Part shown: positions 1 through 33,199 of the stretch, piece after piece
Numbering within the stretch: the first letter of the stretch is position 1
Layout: each line of letters begins with the position of its first letter
Origin: Narcine bancroftii
Taxonomy: Eukaryota
Reading direction: 5' to 3'
Length of the DNA: 64,000 bases
Assembly: GCF_036971445.1 (NCBI RefSeq)
Contig: NC_091479.1
Coordinates: 83,204,001 to 83,268,000, forward strand
Notes under the pieces: generated by a model
What the model was told of the DNA's origin: nothing
The model's database searches: none
Seen by the model: the letters and a program-made list of their open reading frames with translations, nothing else
Made by a program: the position numbers and the translations under genes

Positions 1-584
1 TGTTAAATAAACTCCTTGGATCTGCTGATGGCTTGTTTAATCGATGTGAACTATGTCAAACAGCAGACTTTTTTACTTAATCCCTAAAACAAATACACCA
101 AATGTAATTTATTTGAGTTTAAGGTGAATTAAACTCTTAATCAAAATAAATCTAAATGTTAACTATCTATATATGTAATAAATATTAAATAGAAAACACC
201 CAAATAATGTACCAATATGTGTTTAACCCAGACATTAAGTGTATTCAGTTTCTCTGGATTTGTGTTGTTTGAAAAATAATCTCCCTCCTCTCCTCCAAAT
301 TACAGCCGTCACCACATTCTCGCCTTCATTCCTTTTGCAATATTTGCAGAGTCTGATTGCAATTGGGACTGCAAAGAGGCAAGGGTCATCTTGTGCACAT
401 AATAATAGTTCAAAGCACACCTACACATATTTTTAACTACTACATAATTATAGTTTGTGTATTGTCTTTGGGAATATTGATCCATATCTCTAAAATTGGA
501 ATTCAATATTTATGTAGAAATTCTTGGTATATAGGTTCGCAAAGTAGGCATTCCAATATTCAGTTGCAAAAGAACTGTAGACGA

Positions 585-1450
585 CAGTCCTTCCCCACAA
601 TGTCTATGCATTCACTGCAATGAGCTTCAGTACTCAGCCTATATTCCTGCAGCTTGGAATGTGCCAGTCAGCAGCATTCCCATATACATCTCATTGCATT
701 GTACTGGAAGACCAACAAGTTTTGACATCTTTCACCAAGATGATTATTTTCCAAAAGCACTAAATGTCCATCACCACATGTGTCCCTGGGAACAGATTGT
801 AGATTTGAGAATCCTATAATGCAGGTGCTCAGAATGAACTGTGACAAGGCGTCCTTCTCCAGACCCTCTTTTCAGATACACAGTCAACAAAGAGGTAGAC
901 TTGTCATTGCAGTTATCCTAAGGGAAGCTTGCATGGGCAGTGAGTTTCCAAATTGACATGGAAGGATCTTCTAACCACCAGCCAAGCAAGAGCTTGGTGC
1001 TTGTTGGCAAGTTTTGGCAATAAGGCATTCTTCCAAATAATATGGACAGTCTGCTCAGTAACCAGCCTGCAGGATCAATTGTGTATTTGTTGCAGTGTGT
1101 GCAGGATTTTCCCATGAAAAACACTGCCTATGAGACGTGGTATGAGATATTTTTCTTTAGAACTTTTTCTAGGAAGGATAAATAGAATGACACTGACCAG
1201 CTGACTGAGATGTTGCACAAGCAATGGAACCAGCCCTATCCTCTGCAACTTTGGGGACAAGTATGACCTCAGCATGTAGGTTGCCTGTGTACTTAGCTCC
1301 AAGTGCAGCTTTATACAACCACAAGAAAGCTGGTCCATCAGGATGATGGTGATTTTAGGTTGCTTTTACTCATCTGTCTTATTCCATCTTGGATCTCCAG
1401 ATTAACCTGTAAATGGCTTAGGATGGAGATGTGGGGAGACAGTCATGTAA
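585..1450 (-). mobile_element. Degraded Tx1-like non-LTR retrotransposon, ORF2 C-terminal part
   Basis: Minus-strand fragments CGCIKL...YMLRSYLSPKLQRIGL and terminal WGRTV resemble Tx1-clade ORF2 ends; many frameshifts. Confidence 0.55.
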
Positions 1451-3627
1451 AATGACTGCTTAGATTGGTTTCCAGTGCCAAATTCTATGAGCAGTATCCT
1501 TCTCAGGCAGGATTCCTTTCAGTCAATGATGAAGCAAACCCCCAGAGCTGCTTATTCATGATTAATCATCGATGTTTTCATGCTCAATTAGGCTTAATCA
1601 TAACTAAAACTGAAAATAAAGTTGAATCAGAGGAAACTCTGAATGAAGAAGAAAGGACTTGGCAAGAACCATTTCATATCAGCGAACAAGATTATCTGTT
1701 GTGCTGAGAATTTCTATTTCTTCTTACGTGAAGCATCATGAACAGAGTACATAAAAAAAATCATAAACCCTCATTTTTCTCATAAATCAATCTGTACTTT
1801 TACAAATAGAGATATATTTTGTTCACTTAACTCATATGCCTATCTATGCATGTTCATACATTTATTTAAAATATTGTGGATTTTAAAAAAAATACCAACA
1901 AGGAGGTAGAAAAATGCCAAGCAAACTAAAGTGCTATATACTATATGTCTTTCCGTTCAATATAGTTGTTTGCAATTTAGCAGGAAAAGGGCAGTGCTCA
2001 CTTATAGATTTCCAAAAAATCTGTTTCAAAATAACTCTTTGTGGTGTGGAATACCTTTGTCAAAACATCACATTTCTGTTTGGAATATATTCATGGGGGC
2101 CCCTGACATCCAGCTGTAATCTATCCAAACTTAACGAGCAGACAGCAAACCATTGAAGGGAAGAGCACAACTTTAATTAACCTTATAATTATTGAACAGA
2201 ACACTAAATAAAGAGAAATAAATAATGACATGTCATAAACTAACAAACATATAATGTTTGATTGGTTAACAATCAATATGCAGGTGATGTTCACAATGCA
2301 CTGCAATCTTGACTGCACCTTCTCCCACATTTGTTCTGATCATAAGGTGATTCATATCAGTGCCTCTTGGATGTCTCAATTTTTCATTGCTATAATATCT
2401 GATGTGCCTCTCCACTCTGTCGATTTCCCACACTTCAATTTTCATACCCTTCTCCCACCGGAATAAAGAGCGTTCCCCTTGTACTCACATTCCACTCCCA
2501 AGCTCTATTAACTATTCTCAATACTTCCACCACCTTCAATATAACCATTTTCAATAACTTCCTTCCCCCTTCAATATAATTCCACCATCCTATTTTGCCT
2601 CCCCACACTTTCAGCGCAGTTAGCGTGACTCTATGACAGCGGTTCAAATCTGGTGCTATCTGTAAAAAGTTTGTTTGTTAAGTTCTCCCCTTGACCTACA
2701 TGGGTGCTCTGGTTTTCTCCCAAAACTACAGTGCTGTAGGTTGATTGGGTGTAATTGGGCAACATGGGTTTCAATGGCCAGAATTAACTTCTACTGTGTT
2801 TTAAGTCGAATTTTTATTAAAAAACTAAATGAGCATATTCCGAAGGAACTGCTCACTCCACAATACTCTTGAGCACTTCTCTGTTTCTACCAACGCCCTC
2901 AGATTTCTTGCAGATTTCCATACAACTGTCAGAATCGTTTCCTTCTATTTTGCATAACATCTTCCACACAACTGGACCTCAAATGTCTTCAGATTCCCCA
3001 ACTATCGTGTTTCTCTGCAACAAATGTCAGGGTTGACTAATGTAATGTTTTCTACATACCCAAAGATTACAGCCCATGGGATCTGGTGCAATTTGGCAAG
3101 TTGGATCCAAAACTGGCTTGGGGGTAGGGAGTAGGATGTAGGAGGCAGAGGGTAATGGTGAGGGGATACTTTTGTGATTGAATGCCTGTGCCGGTGTCCA
3201 GTGGTGTTTCACAGAATTAACGGTTAGGAATCTTACCTTTTTAAATCCACGTTGAGAACTTAGATGTGAATGTACGATATATAATTAGAAAGTATCCAGA
3301 TGAGACAAAAATCAGCAGGGCCTGTTGATAGCAAGGAGCATAGTTGACAACTACAGAATTATTGATCAGTAGATAAGATGGGTAGAGCAATGACAGATGG
3401 AATTTAATCCTGGTGTGAGGTGATTACTCTGAAGGGACTATTAATAGTAGGAAGTACAGAGGGACCTTGTGTACATGTCGAAGACTCCTTGAAAATGCAA
3501 GCAAAGACTTTTTCACCCAAAAGTTGGTTGGAATCTGGAATGCACAGCTTGAAGAGGTGACAGGAGCAACTACTCTCATAACATATTGCCAAGACTTAGA
3601 AGACTTATTGTATCAGTATATAAGGGT

Positions 3628-3823
3628 GGGGTGTATGTGGTGTCTAGGTAGGGGTAGCACCTCTGGTAGGAGGGGGGGGGTCTTCCATGCTCTTTTCAGG
3701 CAGCTTGTTCACCTTTGGTCCCCACTGGTGCTCAGCTCTCACCTGGGGCTCCAAGTAGCTGATGCACACGCAGCAGACACACCCTGATAAACCGTCTCAG
3801 CAGATGGGCTAAACAGGTGAGGG
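3628..3823 (+). ncRNA. HDV-like (double-pseudoknot) self-cleaving ribozyme, partly degenerate copy
   Basis: P1 GGGGTGT 3628-3634 / ACACCCT 3779-3785 with G1-U wobble; P2 CTCTCACCTG 3736-3745 / CAGGTGAGGG 3814-3823; P3 GGC followed by L3 TCC...; P4 CCGTCT/AGATGG 3792-3807; J4/2 GCTAA with C3809. Confidence 0.7.
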
Positions 3824-4175
3824 TAGCCGACGGGTCTTCGACCCTTGGTGAGGTAGGGGATCTGTCTATCCTAGCATGTGAAGTCTGGCCCTGGCAGATT
3901 GAGCGGAAGAGACTGATTAATGGTTCAACAGTCAAGAAGGTCAGTCCAGGAGGTATTATGGAATGCCAAGACACTTAGATGTCCTGGTCTTCTACTGCAG
4001 AAAGAGAGGTCTCCAGCCATAACGGTTGTCTGTGCCACTGGATCAAGGTCTCTTCTGCCGAGAGAGTAGGATCACCCCTGTGCAACGGCTGTTCCACTTA
4101 AAACTCCATCACACACAGGTTTATTCTTTTTTATTATTATTGTGTCTTTTTCAACTCAAAGGACTACCAATAACA
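3628..4175 (+). mobile_element. Non-autonomous retroposon (RTE-like 5' UTR/tail) with 5' HDV-like ribozyme
   Basis: TSD atataagggt (3618-3627) / atataaggat (4176-4185); short ACCAATAACA tail; no RT ORF. Confidence 0.7.
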
Positions 4176-4245
4176 ATATAAGGATACTTAATGGTCAGCA
4201 GGGAAAAGATGGGGCAAAGGCCTGTTTTGGTGCCATAAGACTATG

Positions 4246-4510
4246 GCTGTGGTTTTCAAACTGCCCCCCAAACTCACATTCCACCTTAAGCAATCTCTAT
4301 GTTATAAGTGCTCTCTGACTAGTAAGGGATTGCTTAAGGTGGTATGTGGGTGGAAAAAAAAGTTTGAAAACACTGTTTTAATTGTACCTAATTGACTCAT
4401 TATGTGAATGGTTTTGTAACGCCAAAGGAAATGGGTCAATGACAATTTTTCTCAAGCAAAATATTTCATAAACAATTGGGTCTAGAGCAGTGGTTTTCAA
4501 CCTTCTCTAT
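4246..4510. mobile_element. hAT/Charlie-like MITE (palindromic); related copy at 57415-57530
   Basis: Ends gtggttttcaaac ... gtttgaaaacactg; internal inverted arms accttaagcaatc / gattgcttaaggt. Confidence 0.55.
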
Positions 4511-4884
4511 GTTGGAAAAACAAAACCCACAACTTTGCTTGAAGTTTCTGTCCAGTGAACAAGGGTTCTCCTGACTTTTCTGTTATCTGTCGATTTAAAT
4601 TTTCCTTCCACTTCCACCCTGATTTCTCTGTCTTTCCACTCTATGATTCACCATCAAAGTCAAATTTTATTTGATACTAACATTAAATTAACAATTTCAG
4701 ACAATGATTTTTCTAAATCTAATGCAAGGTTATCAACCTGAAATATTAGTTTTGTTTCTCTCCACAGAAATGCATTTTCTGGTTTTATTTCACATTTCTA
4801 TTGTTTTGCCTCCAGTTTGTATCTTCCTCTTCAGCATTTTAATTTGATCTGGGTCTTTTTTATGTATGTTCTAATATCCTTTTA

Positions 4885-5520
4885 TAACAAACATTATAGC
4901 ACAGTATAGGTCCTTCGGTCTGTGATGTTGTGCCAACCTATATAAACCCCAATCCTTTCCTACCTCACAGCCTTACATCCACGTACCTATCTAAGAGTCT
5001 TTTAAATAGCTCTATTGTGCCAGCCTCCACCTCCACCCTCACCAGGCATACCACTTTCAGATAAAAAGCTTATCTGATTCTCCTCTATACTTTCTTCCAC
5101 TCACCTTAAACAGATGATCTTTGGTATTTGCTAGAGAGAAGGTGCGGACTCCCACCCTATCTACGCCTCTCCTATTTCTATTAAGTCACCTCTCATCCTG
5201 CATTACTTTAAAGAGAAAAACCCCAAGCCCATATGTTCTTGATTTCAGGGAACATCTTCTCTGCACCCTTTCTAAAGCTTCCATAACCTTCCTATATTGA
5301 GGCAACTAGAACTGAACAGAATAATCCAAATGTGGCCAAAACAGAGTTTGATAGATCTGTAACATTACATGACAGCATTTGAGCTCAACCCACCGACTAA
5401 TGGAGTCCACATGCCTTCTTAACCACCCTATCAACTTGCCTGGCAAACTTGAGAGCTCAATTGACTTGGATCCAAGATCCCTATGTTCCTCCACACTGCT
5501 AAGAATCCTGCCATTATCCA
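4885..5520 (-). mobile_element. CR1 LINE 3' fragment
   Basis: ORF 5306-5521: EEHRDLG...MLQIYQTLFWPHLDYSVQF; CR1 tail at 4885-4940. Confidence 0.75.
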
Positions 5521-6298
5521 CACCCCTCCTTTCACGTTTCCATTTTCCTTAGCCCCTATCTCTTCGGTCCTGATTTGCAACTATTCTAGTTTAAGTGAAT
5601 CGATAAAGTAGGTGGCCATGGTTCCCAATCATTATTTATTTTCTGATTTAACCATGCTTTCACCTTTTGCTGCACTTACTAGAATGCTCTCTCCTGATTC
5701 TGCTCTCACCAGGTGGTTGAGGATACCGCGTTGGACTTGTTACCCGTCAAGGTTACATCTGGTGCATCCCAAAAGATATTTTTTTTAAATTCCCGATCAC
5801 TTCACTTTCATACTCTTCATGCTATCTTTGTGCAAGAGGTCATGGGGCCGGAAAGTACTTTCTGCGTTATCTATTGACCCAAAGGCGGTTGCCAAATCCT
5901 CAAATGACAAACGACTTACAGAGGCTCATTTTGCCTTTAAATTTATGAACATTGCAATGCAAACATTGCCCTGCAGGTCAGGATTTGAGTTCGACGCCAT
6001 AAAATTATCAGAATTTACGGCACATCCATATGAATCCTGCTTTTGCCACCTCGCTGCTTCCATCTCCTCAAAGTGACCTCACTGCCACCGCATCCCTTGA
6101 ACGAAGGGCTCGAGGCCGACACGCTTTGGCCTGCTGTGCTTTTACTCCAACCGCAGTTTCGGCTGACCTTCTCGCAAGCCCCATGCCCAAAATCTGCTGC
6201 ACCTCCATTTGCCCATTATCCTCCCTGCGGTGAGCGGGCGCGGGCGCTGACAGGCCCCGCGGAGCCCGGTGCATTGTGGGCTGTTGGAGGACAAGCTG

Positions 6299-26822
<20,524 letters not shown>

Positions 26823-26898
26823 ACTATAAGATATTGCAGATGATATCTATGGATTAATTTAGAATATTGGTTGTACAGACTGTCATTAACTTTGAGGA

Positions 26899-27016
26899 AA
26901 TAAAGTGTTCATGTAAATACTCTTGTGTGGAGAAAAGTGTTGAATGTTAATTCCTGTAAACAAAAGTATTTTTACTTTACAAAATTATTTGTATTGAGAA
27001 TATTTCATTTAATAAA
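26899..27016 (+). terminator. MRPS35 polyadenylation signals (AATAAA at 26899-26904 and 27011-27016)
   Basis: Two AATAAA hexamers about 80 and 190 nt after the stop codon. Confidence 0.55.
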
Positions 27017-28164
27017 TTGGTAATTTTTTTCCAATTACTATGCAATTCATGCATAAAGCTGAATATGAGGCTCCTGCCCTGATGTTTGCACCTATTAATT
27101 TTCTCTCCATCTTTTAATTCTTTGAAAGCCATCATATTAGTATGCTAATGCATTCCCAAATGCATGCCATCCTTTTGTTTCTCCATGTAATTTCCATTTC
27201 TGAGAGGGTTTTTCTGTGTTTGAAAGGGCTTTAAAACAGCAATTATTTCTTATCCTAGTTCAGATTTCAGGTTTATTGTCAGAGTACATATATGACATCA
27301 CATACAACCCAAAGACTCTTCTTCCTGCAGGTGAGGGAGAATAACCACTTTTTGGTAGTGCAAAAAAACTACTCAACATACACATGTAAACATATAAGGA
27401 AAAGTAAACAATTTGTACAATACAAACAGAAAAAAAAATAAAGTGCAAAAGTCCTGAAATGAGTCCTTGATTGAGTTTGTTGAGGAGTCTTAATAGTGGA
27501 GGAGGGAGGATGATGATATTAAAATGTATCGCATGTTTAAACATTCTGATGAGAACTGTCATCAAACTAAAATTTTTGCTCTGTTTCTATCTGCCTGACC
27601 TGTTACGAAATTCCAGCTCTTTCCATGTGTGTATTTGAAAAAACAAATATAAATTAGTCTGTTCTTGGAGTTATCAAGTAGCTAGGCCACATTCTGACCC
27701 ACTGTCTATTTTGCAGTTTTCTGCTGTCTGTGCATTAATAAGAGAAAATGGAGCTGTTAGCATTCATTGAAATAAATGTTCTTCATGATAAACTGGTCTG
27801 ATCTTAAATATAAGTTGTGAATTTAACTTTTCATGTTTTGGGGATAAAATGTTTTCAGTTTTATAGAGAGTAGGGAATGTTACATGAAAGAATAGTCAGT
27901 AACAAGTAAATAGTCTGAAAAATGAAATGAGGATGACATATCAAGATGAATGTGTTATGCCAAGCAGGATCAATACATTAAAATGCTCTTTTTAAAAACA
28001 AAAAATTAATTGAGCACCAAAAACAACTTAGTGCACCTTAGATAGATGTATATTGTGCTCCTAATTTCTTTTTTAACGGAAAACCAACATGCATACAGTA
28101 TACAGAAATATTTGCATGCACCCCCCAGGCTGACAATATCATCAGAATATTACTGACTGTACTG

Positions 28165-28967
28165 TGTGACAGAGTATATAGATATGTTTTTGGGAGATAA
28201 ATTGGGAAAGGTTCGTTAGAGTAGGTTACATACAAACACTTTACTTGAAATACTGTAGTTCTGCTAATGCTAGACATATCAGCTCCACAGCTTTTGCAAG
28301 AGCTTTGGAGAATGTCCAAGAGACTTCACTAATGGATTGTTTACAAAAGGCAACAGATGAAAGAGCTTGTCGGAGCTGCCTTCTGACTGGAAGGGTACTT
28401 GCTGTGCTAAGAGGGCCATGTGGTTTGGCAAGCAGAGAGAAAAACAGGCTTTCTCTCTAAGAGACAGACAGACACACACACACACACAGATCACTTCTAC
28501 AGTGTTACAGCCAGTAACAGAAGCTGGGACTGGAACAGGACAAGCTGGCAAGCTTGTGGAAAGCTCCACTTGGAAGACGGCCTGGTCAAGGCCCTTGTGG
28601 TTCATGCAAAGGAGAGGACTGGCTGTCTAATGCTTCACTTTGAATAAGAAAAACAAAAAGGAACTCTGTGGTGACCTGAAAGTAAAAGATTATCACTTAT
28701 CACCTGGAGAAACCCGAAGGGACAAGTTTCATCAGCAAGACACTGAAGAGACTGATGGAAATACATCAGTTGTGAATGTCCTGGAACAGCAAATCTCTCA
28801 CTGAAAACCAACACGAACCTTCCTGAGTGTTAACCATTTACCTTTCAAGCATCTGATCAACTTCATAAATGTTAAATTCTGTGCACAGTATAAGATTTGC
28901 CTGCAACCAGTGAACTTGGAGGAATGAGAAGTGAGATTGGACTGTGAATCAAAAAACCTTTCTGAAC

Positions 28968-29007
<40 letters not shown>

Positions 29008-29183
29008 TACATACATGTGCTTAGAATTAGAAGGGGGTTGTTAGTTTAAGTAAGTCAATAGTGATAAGTTAAAGTTTGATTCTATTTTCATGTTTAAAGA
29101 TAATTAAAAGCAACTTTTGTTTAAGTGACCATTTGTCAGTGAATATCTATTGCTGGGTTTTGGGATCCTCTGGGCTCGTAACA
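28165..29183. mobile_element. Solo LTR (1019 bp) with 4-bp TSD ACTG
   Basis: actg|TGTGAC ... GTAACA|actg; TG..CA termini with imperfect inverted ends. Confidence 0.85.
28970..29006. repeat. (CA)n microsatellite inside the solo LTR
   Basis: About 18 perfect CA units; a shorter run at about 28472-28488. Confidence 0.95.
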
Positions 29184-29609
29184 ACTGGTACAACCATCTC
29201 AGTTATTCATTTACTCCACAAGCACTCATAATTTGGAGAAAAATGCATAAAGCGTTGCCATTTGTGAAAATGTTTTCCAGTGGACCGTCATAATGTCTAT
29301 TTGATTTTCTCCAGTTTAATAAAGAAACTGATATTTACATGAACCTCTATCAGACTTCCAGTGTAATAAGATTAGACACTTGGAGTCTAAAGACGACCAC
29401 TCAGCGGAACAAGGACAGTTTCTTCACCGCTGCCATCAAATTCCTGAATAATCAATGAATGAAAGACACTTTACTCTTCATGTACAATTATTGTTATTAT
29501 TTTATTTTTTATTGTAATGTCATAAGATAGTTATGTATGTTTGCACAATGCTTCTGCCGCAAAACACCAAATGTCATGACTTGTTCATAGCAATAAATTT
29601 TGATTCTGT

Positions 29610-32600
29610 GAGCATTTTAATTTCTGACCACTCTCTGGTGGTATTATCAGTTAATATTCTAAATTTTCTTAGAGCTATTAAACAATGGCATTTGAATTCT
29701 ATTTTATTGTCTGAACCCAATTTTTTTTTTAATTTATAAAAAATCAAATTGCTTTCTTTCTTGAAACTAATTCCTCTTCGAAGGCCTCTCGTTTAGTAGT
29801 GTGGGACTCCTTTAAAGCTTATATTAGAGGTCAAATCATTTCATTTATGGCTAATGTGAAAAAGAAAGCTAATTTGGAGAGAGATGAATTGGCCAATCAA
29901 ATGATGCTCATAGATCAATAGTATGCTGCGACCTTGAAACTTGAATTTTTTTTAAAAAAAGGATAGAATTAAAAACTAAATATGATTTACTTCTTACATA
30001 TCCTATTCAAGCTCAACTTTTGCAGAGTAAATCTAAATTTTACATTCACAGTGATAAGGAATGAAAGCTGATAGCTAGTTAATTGAAAGGTTTTACTGCT
30101 AATCAACTTACTTCAGAAATTCGTAAAGATAATGTGATTATTATTACTGACCAAGTGGAGATAAATGAAGCATTTCGACAATTTTACTCCAAAATTTATA
30201 AATCAGAATCTTCTACAGATTCAATTCTTACGAGGAAATTTCTAGATAATTTGATTGTTCTTAAGCTTTCATTAGAAAACCAGATGGTGTTGGAAAAGCC
30301 TGTTTCTTCTGAGGAGATAATTCCAATAATTAACTCTTTACCATCTGGCAAAGTTATCAGTCTTGATGGCCTCCTATCTGAGTTTTACAAAACTTTTTTT
30401 CTCAACATTGGCACCCTATTAAATTCATTTTTTTTTTCTGAATCTTTTACTGTTGTGAAGCCTCAATTTCACTTATTCCCAAAAGGAATAAGGATCTATC
30501 TGATTTTTCCTCATATAGGCTAATTTCTCCTTTGAATACTGTTGCTAAAGTTCTGTCTAAAATATTGGTCTGTAGGTTGGAGAACATTATGCTTATTATT
30601 TCTGAGGATCAAATTTGTTGTATTAATGGTCATTATTCACAGTTTAATATCTGTCATTTATTAAATTATTCTCCTGTCTCATCCTTTGATGAATGTGTTA
30701 TGTCCTTAGATGCTGAAAAAGCTTTTGTCTGGGTGGAATAGGACTTTTTTTTAAAATTAGAAATGTTTAATTTTGGCCCTAAATTTATCAATTGTATTAA
30801 ATTGATATACAGTATTTATCTTCTGTTGCCTCAATCCTTACCAATTCTTTAAAATCTAAACCTTCTAATCTTTACCGTGGAACTAGGCAAGGGTGTCCTC
30901 TTAACACTTTTTTATTCAATTTGGCATTAGAACCATTAGCCATGGCCTTTCACCAATCGAATGATATTTTGGAATCTTAAGAAGTGGAAGTGTTCATAAT
31001 GTTTCCTTACATGCAGATGATCTCTTATTGTACATTTCAGATCCAGATCATTCAATTCCATCCATTTTGTCATTGCTTAATCAATTTTGCCAATTTTCAG
31101 GTTATAAATTAAATCTTCAGAAAAGTATTATTGAAGTATTCTGGTTCTTTATATACTGAACCTTCTGTTTGAAGTAGCTAAAAATCAGTTTAATTATTTA
31201 GGTGTTACTATTACAAAAAAAAATAATTTGTTTAAAGAGAATTTTCTTACTTATATTTGGAAAAATAAATGTTCTTATCTTAATAAAGTTTTCCTTCAAA
31301 CCCCTAAAAAGAAAGGCGGCTTGGCTTTACCTAATTTTGGATTTTATTATGGGGCAGCTAATATTAGATGTATCATTTTTTTGGATTCACTGTAATGGAT
31401 ACTCCAAATTGGATTAATTTAGAAATTAATTCTACTAAAAAATATTCTCTTATTTCAATACTTGTAGCGCCATTACCTTTTTCTGCTTCCAAATTAACTG
31501 ATAATTTTGTTGAACATAATTTGAGAATTTGGTTACAATTTAGAAAATTTTTTGATTTCGTAGATTTTTACTTGCTAGCCCTATATCAGTTAATTGTTTT
31601 TTCCACCTTCTGTTCAAGACTCTACTTTTCATGAATGGGTTAACTTGGGTATCCAATCTTTTCAGGATTTATTTATTGATAATAATTTAGCTTCATTTGA
31701 ACAACTATCTTTTAAATTTAAATTACCTAAGTATCAGTTTTTTTAGATATTTACAAATTAGGAAGTTTTTTTTTCAGTTCACTATCATTGAGTATTCCTC
31801 AGGTCCTTGCTATAAATACAATAGGGATGATTTATAATTTTAAACTGTAAAAAAAAAAGATGATATCAGATATACATGATTTATTATTAGTCTCGGAATA
31901 ACTCTCTAGATAAGATTATAAAATTATGGGACCAAGATCTTCAGCTCTCATTCTTGAATACTACATGGAATTCTACATTAAAATTAGTAAATATCTCCTC
32001 TGTATGTGCCCATCATTCGCTTTTACAATTTAAGGTGGTACATTGATCCTACTTTTTTAAAGCTCAATTGGCTAAACTTTATCCTAATATTTCTTCAAAT
32101 TGTGATAGATGTAAGACTGAAGAGGGGTCTTTATTACATATGTTTTGTCTTGTTCCTTTATTTTGGCAAGATATTTTTTGTACCTTATACGTATAGTTAA
32201 TGCAAATCTTATACCTAATTCTCTAATTGCTCCTTTTGAATGAACTAAGGTAGTTGATTTGAAATTAACTGCATCTCAATTGGTACATGGTCGATATTGA
32301 TGAGACGGAAAGATGCTGTCCCTCCTACTCACACTCAATGATTACATGATATGATGGCATGTCTGACTTTGGGGGGAAAAAATCAGATGTTCATCTAATG
32401 TTACAGAATTAAACTTTTCAAGCTTATGGGGTCCTTTTATTAATTTTTTTTCATAATCTGTAAGATCATTTAGATCTTGTCATGAGAGTTTGGGTTTTTT
32501 TTTAATGGTAGTGAAATTGTATGTATTTACCAAAAAACTTTGGAACGGAATGGGGTAGAATTTGTAGTATAGTATCAATTTATTCTGTTTTATCTTTATC

Positions 32601-32790
32601 AATTAGCCATGTTATAACTGATTATTTCCATTTTTTGCTTGATTGTTATGATATTGGTTTATATGTAACAGATTTTCTTGAGTAAGTTTTTCTTTTGTAT
32701 ATTTTCTTTTTCATGTTACCTCTTTATATTTAGATAAATATAGCTTATACTTTTTGTATTATTATTGTAAACTGTAATAAAAATATTGAA
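29610..32790 (+). mobile_element. L1-clade LINE ORF2 pseudogene (EN end, RT, C-terminus, 3' UTR)
   Basis: ISDHS, KVLSKIL..RL, SLDAEKAF, RGTRQGCPL, LALEPLA, HADDLLLY motifs with stops and frameshifts; AATAAA near 32777. Confidence 0.9.
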
Positions 32791-33199
32791 TCTGAAACTG
32801 ATGATATTTGATACCTTTGGTTTACCATGTATTAAAATTAGAATCTGATTGGTTAAGTTACAGAGCTGCTCTGGTGAAGGACTAACATTCACTCTTGAAG
32901 ATTCAATTTTTAACCTGAAAAAGAGCCAAACTCCAGAATGGATAGAATGGAGGGAATGCTTATCTGCGGGTGTGTTACAAACAGCAGCAAGTCATCATCA
33001 TACAATGAAACTCACTTTTCAAGTCCATTTCTGACAATGCCTTTAAAGGTAGGGGAAAACTGTAACATAATTGATAATGGTTTGATTACAGTAGCAAAAA
33101 TAAGAGGAGGTAGGGGACACCCTTGTGTACTGCATTCCAATTCAGAATAGAGAGATTATTGATTGTGGATGTTGTGTATAGAAAGTAATCTGGTGTATA

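Larger units (their letters stand above)
3040..4245 (+). mobile_element. Degraded CR1 LINE 3' part, interrupted by the 3628-4175 insertion
   Basis: FFTQKLVGIWN motif (3510-3545); CR1-like tail gggcaaaggcctgttttggtgcc near 4212-4235. Confidence 0.6.

Noticed and set aside
1-445. Possible LTR end at the window start (…actactaca)
   Set aside because: The other terminus and TSD are outside the window, so it cannot be supported.
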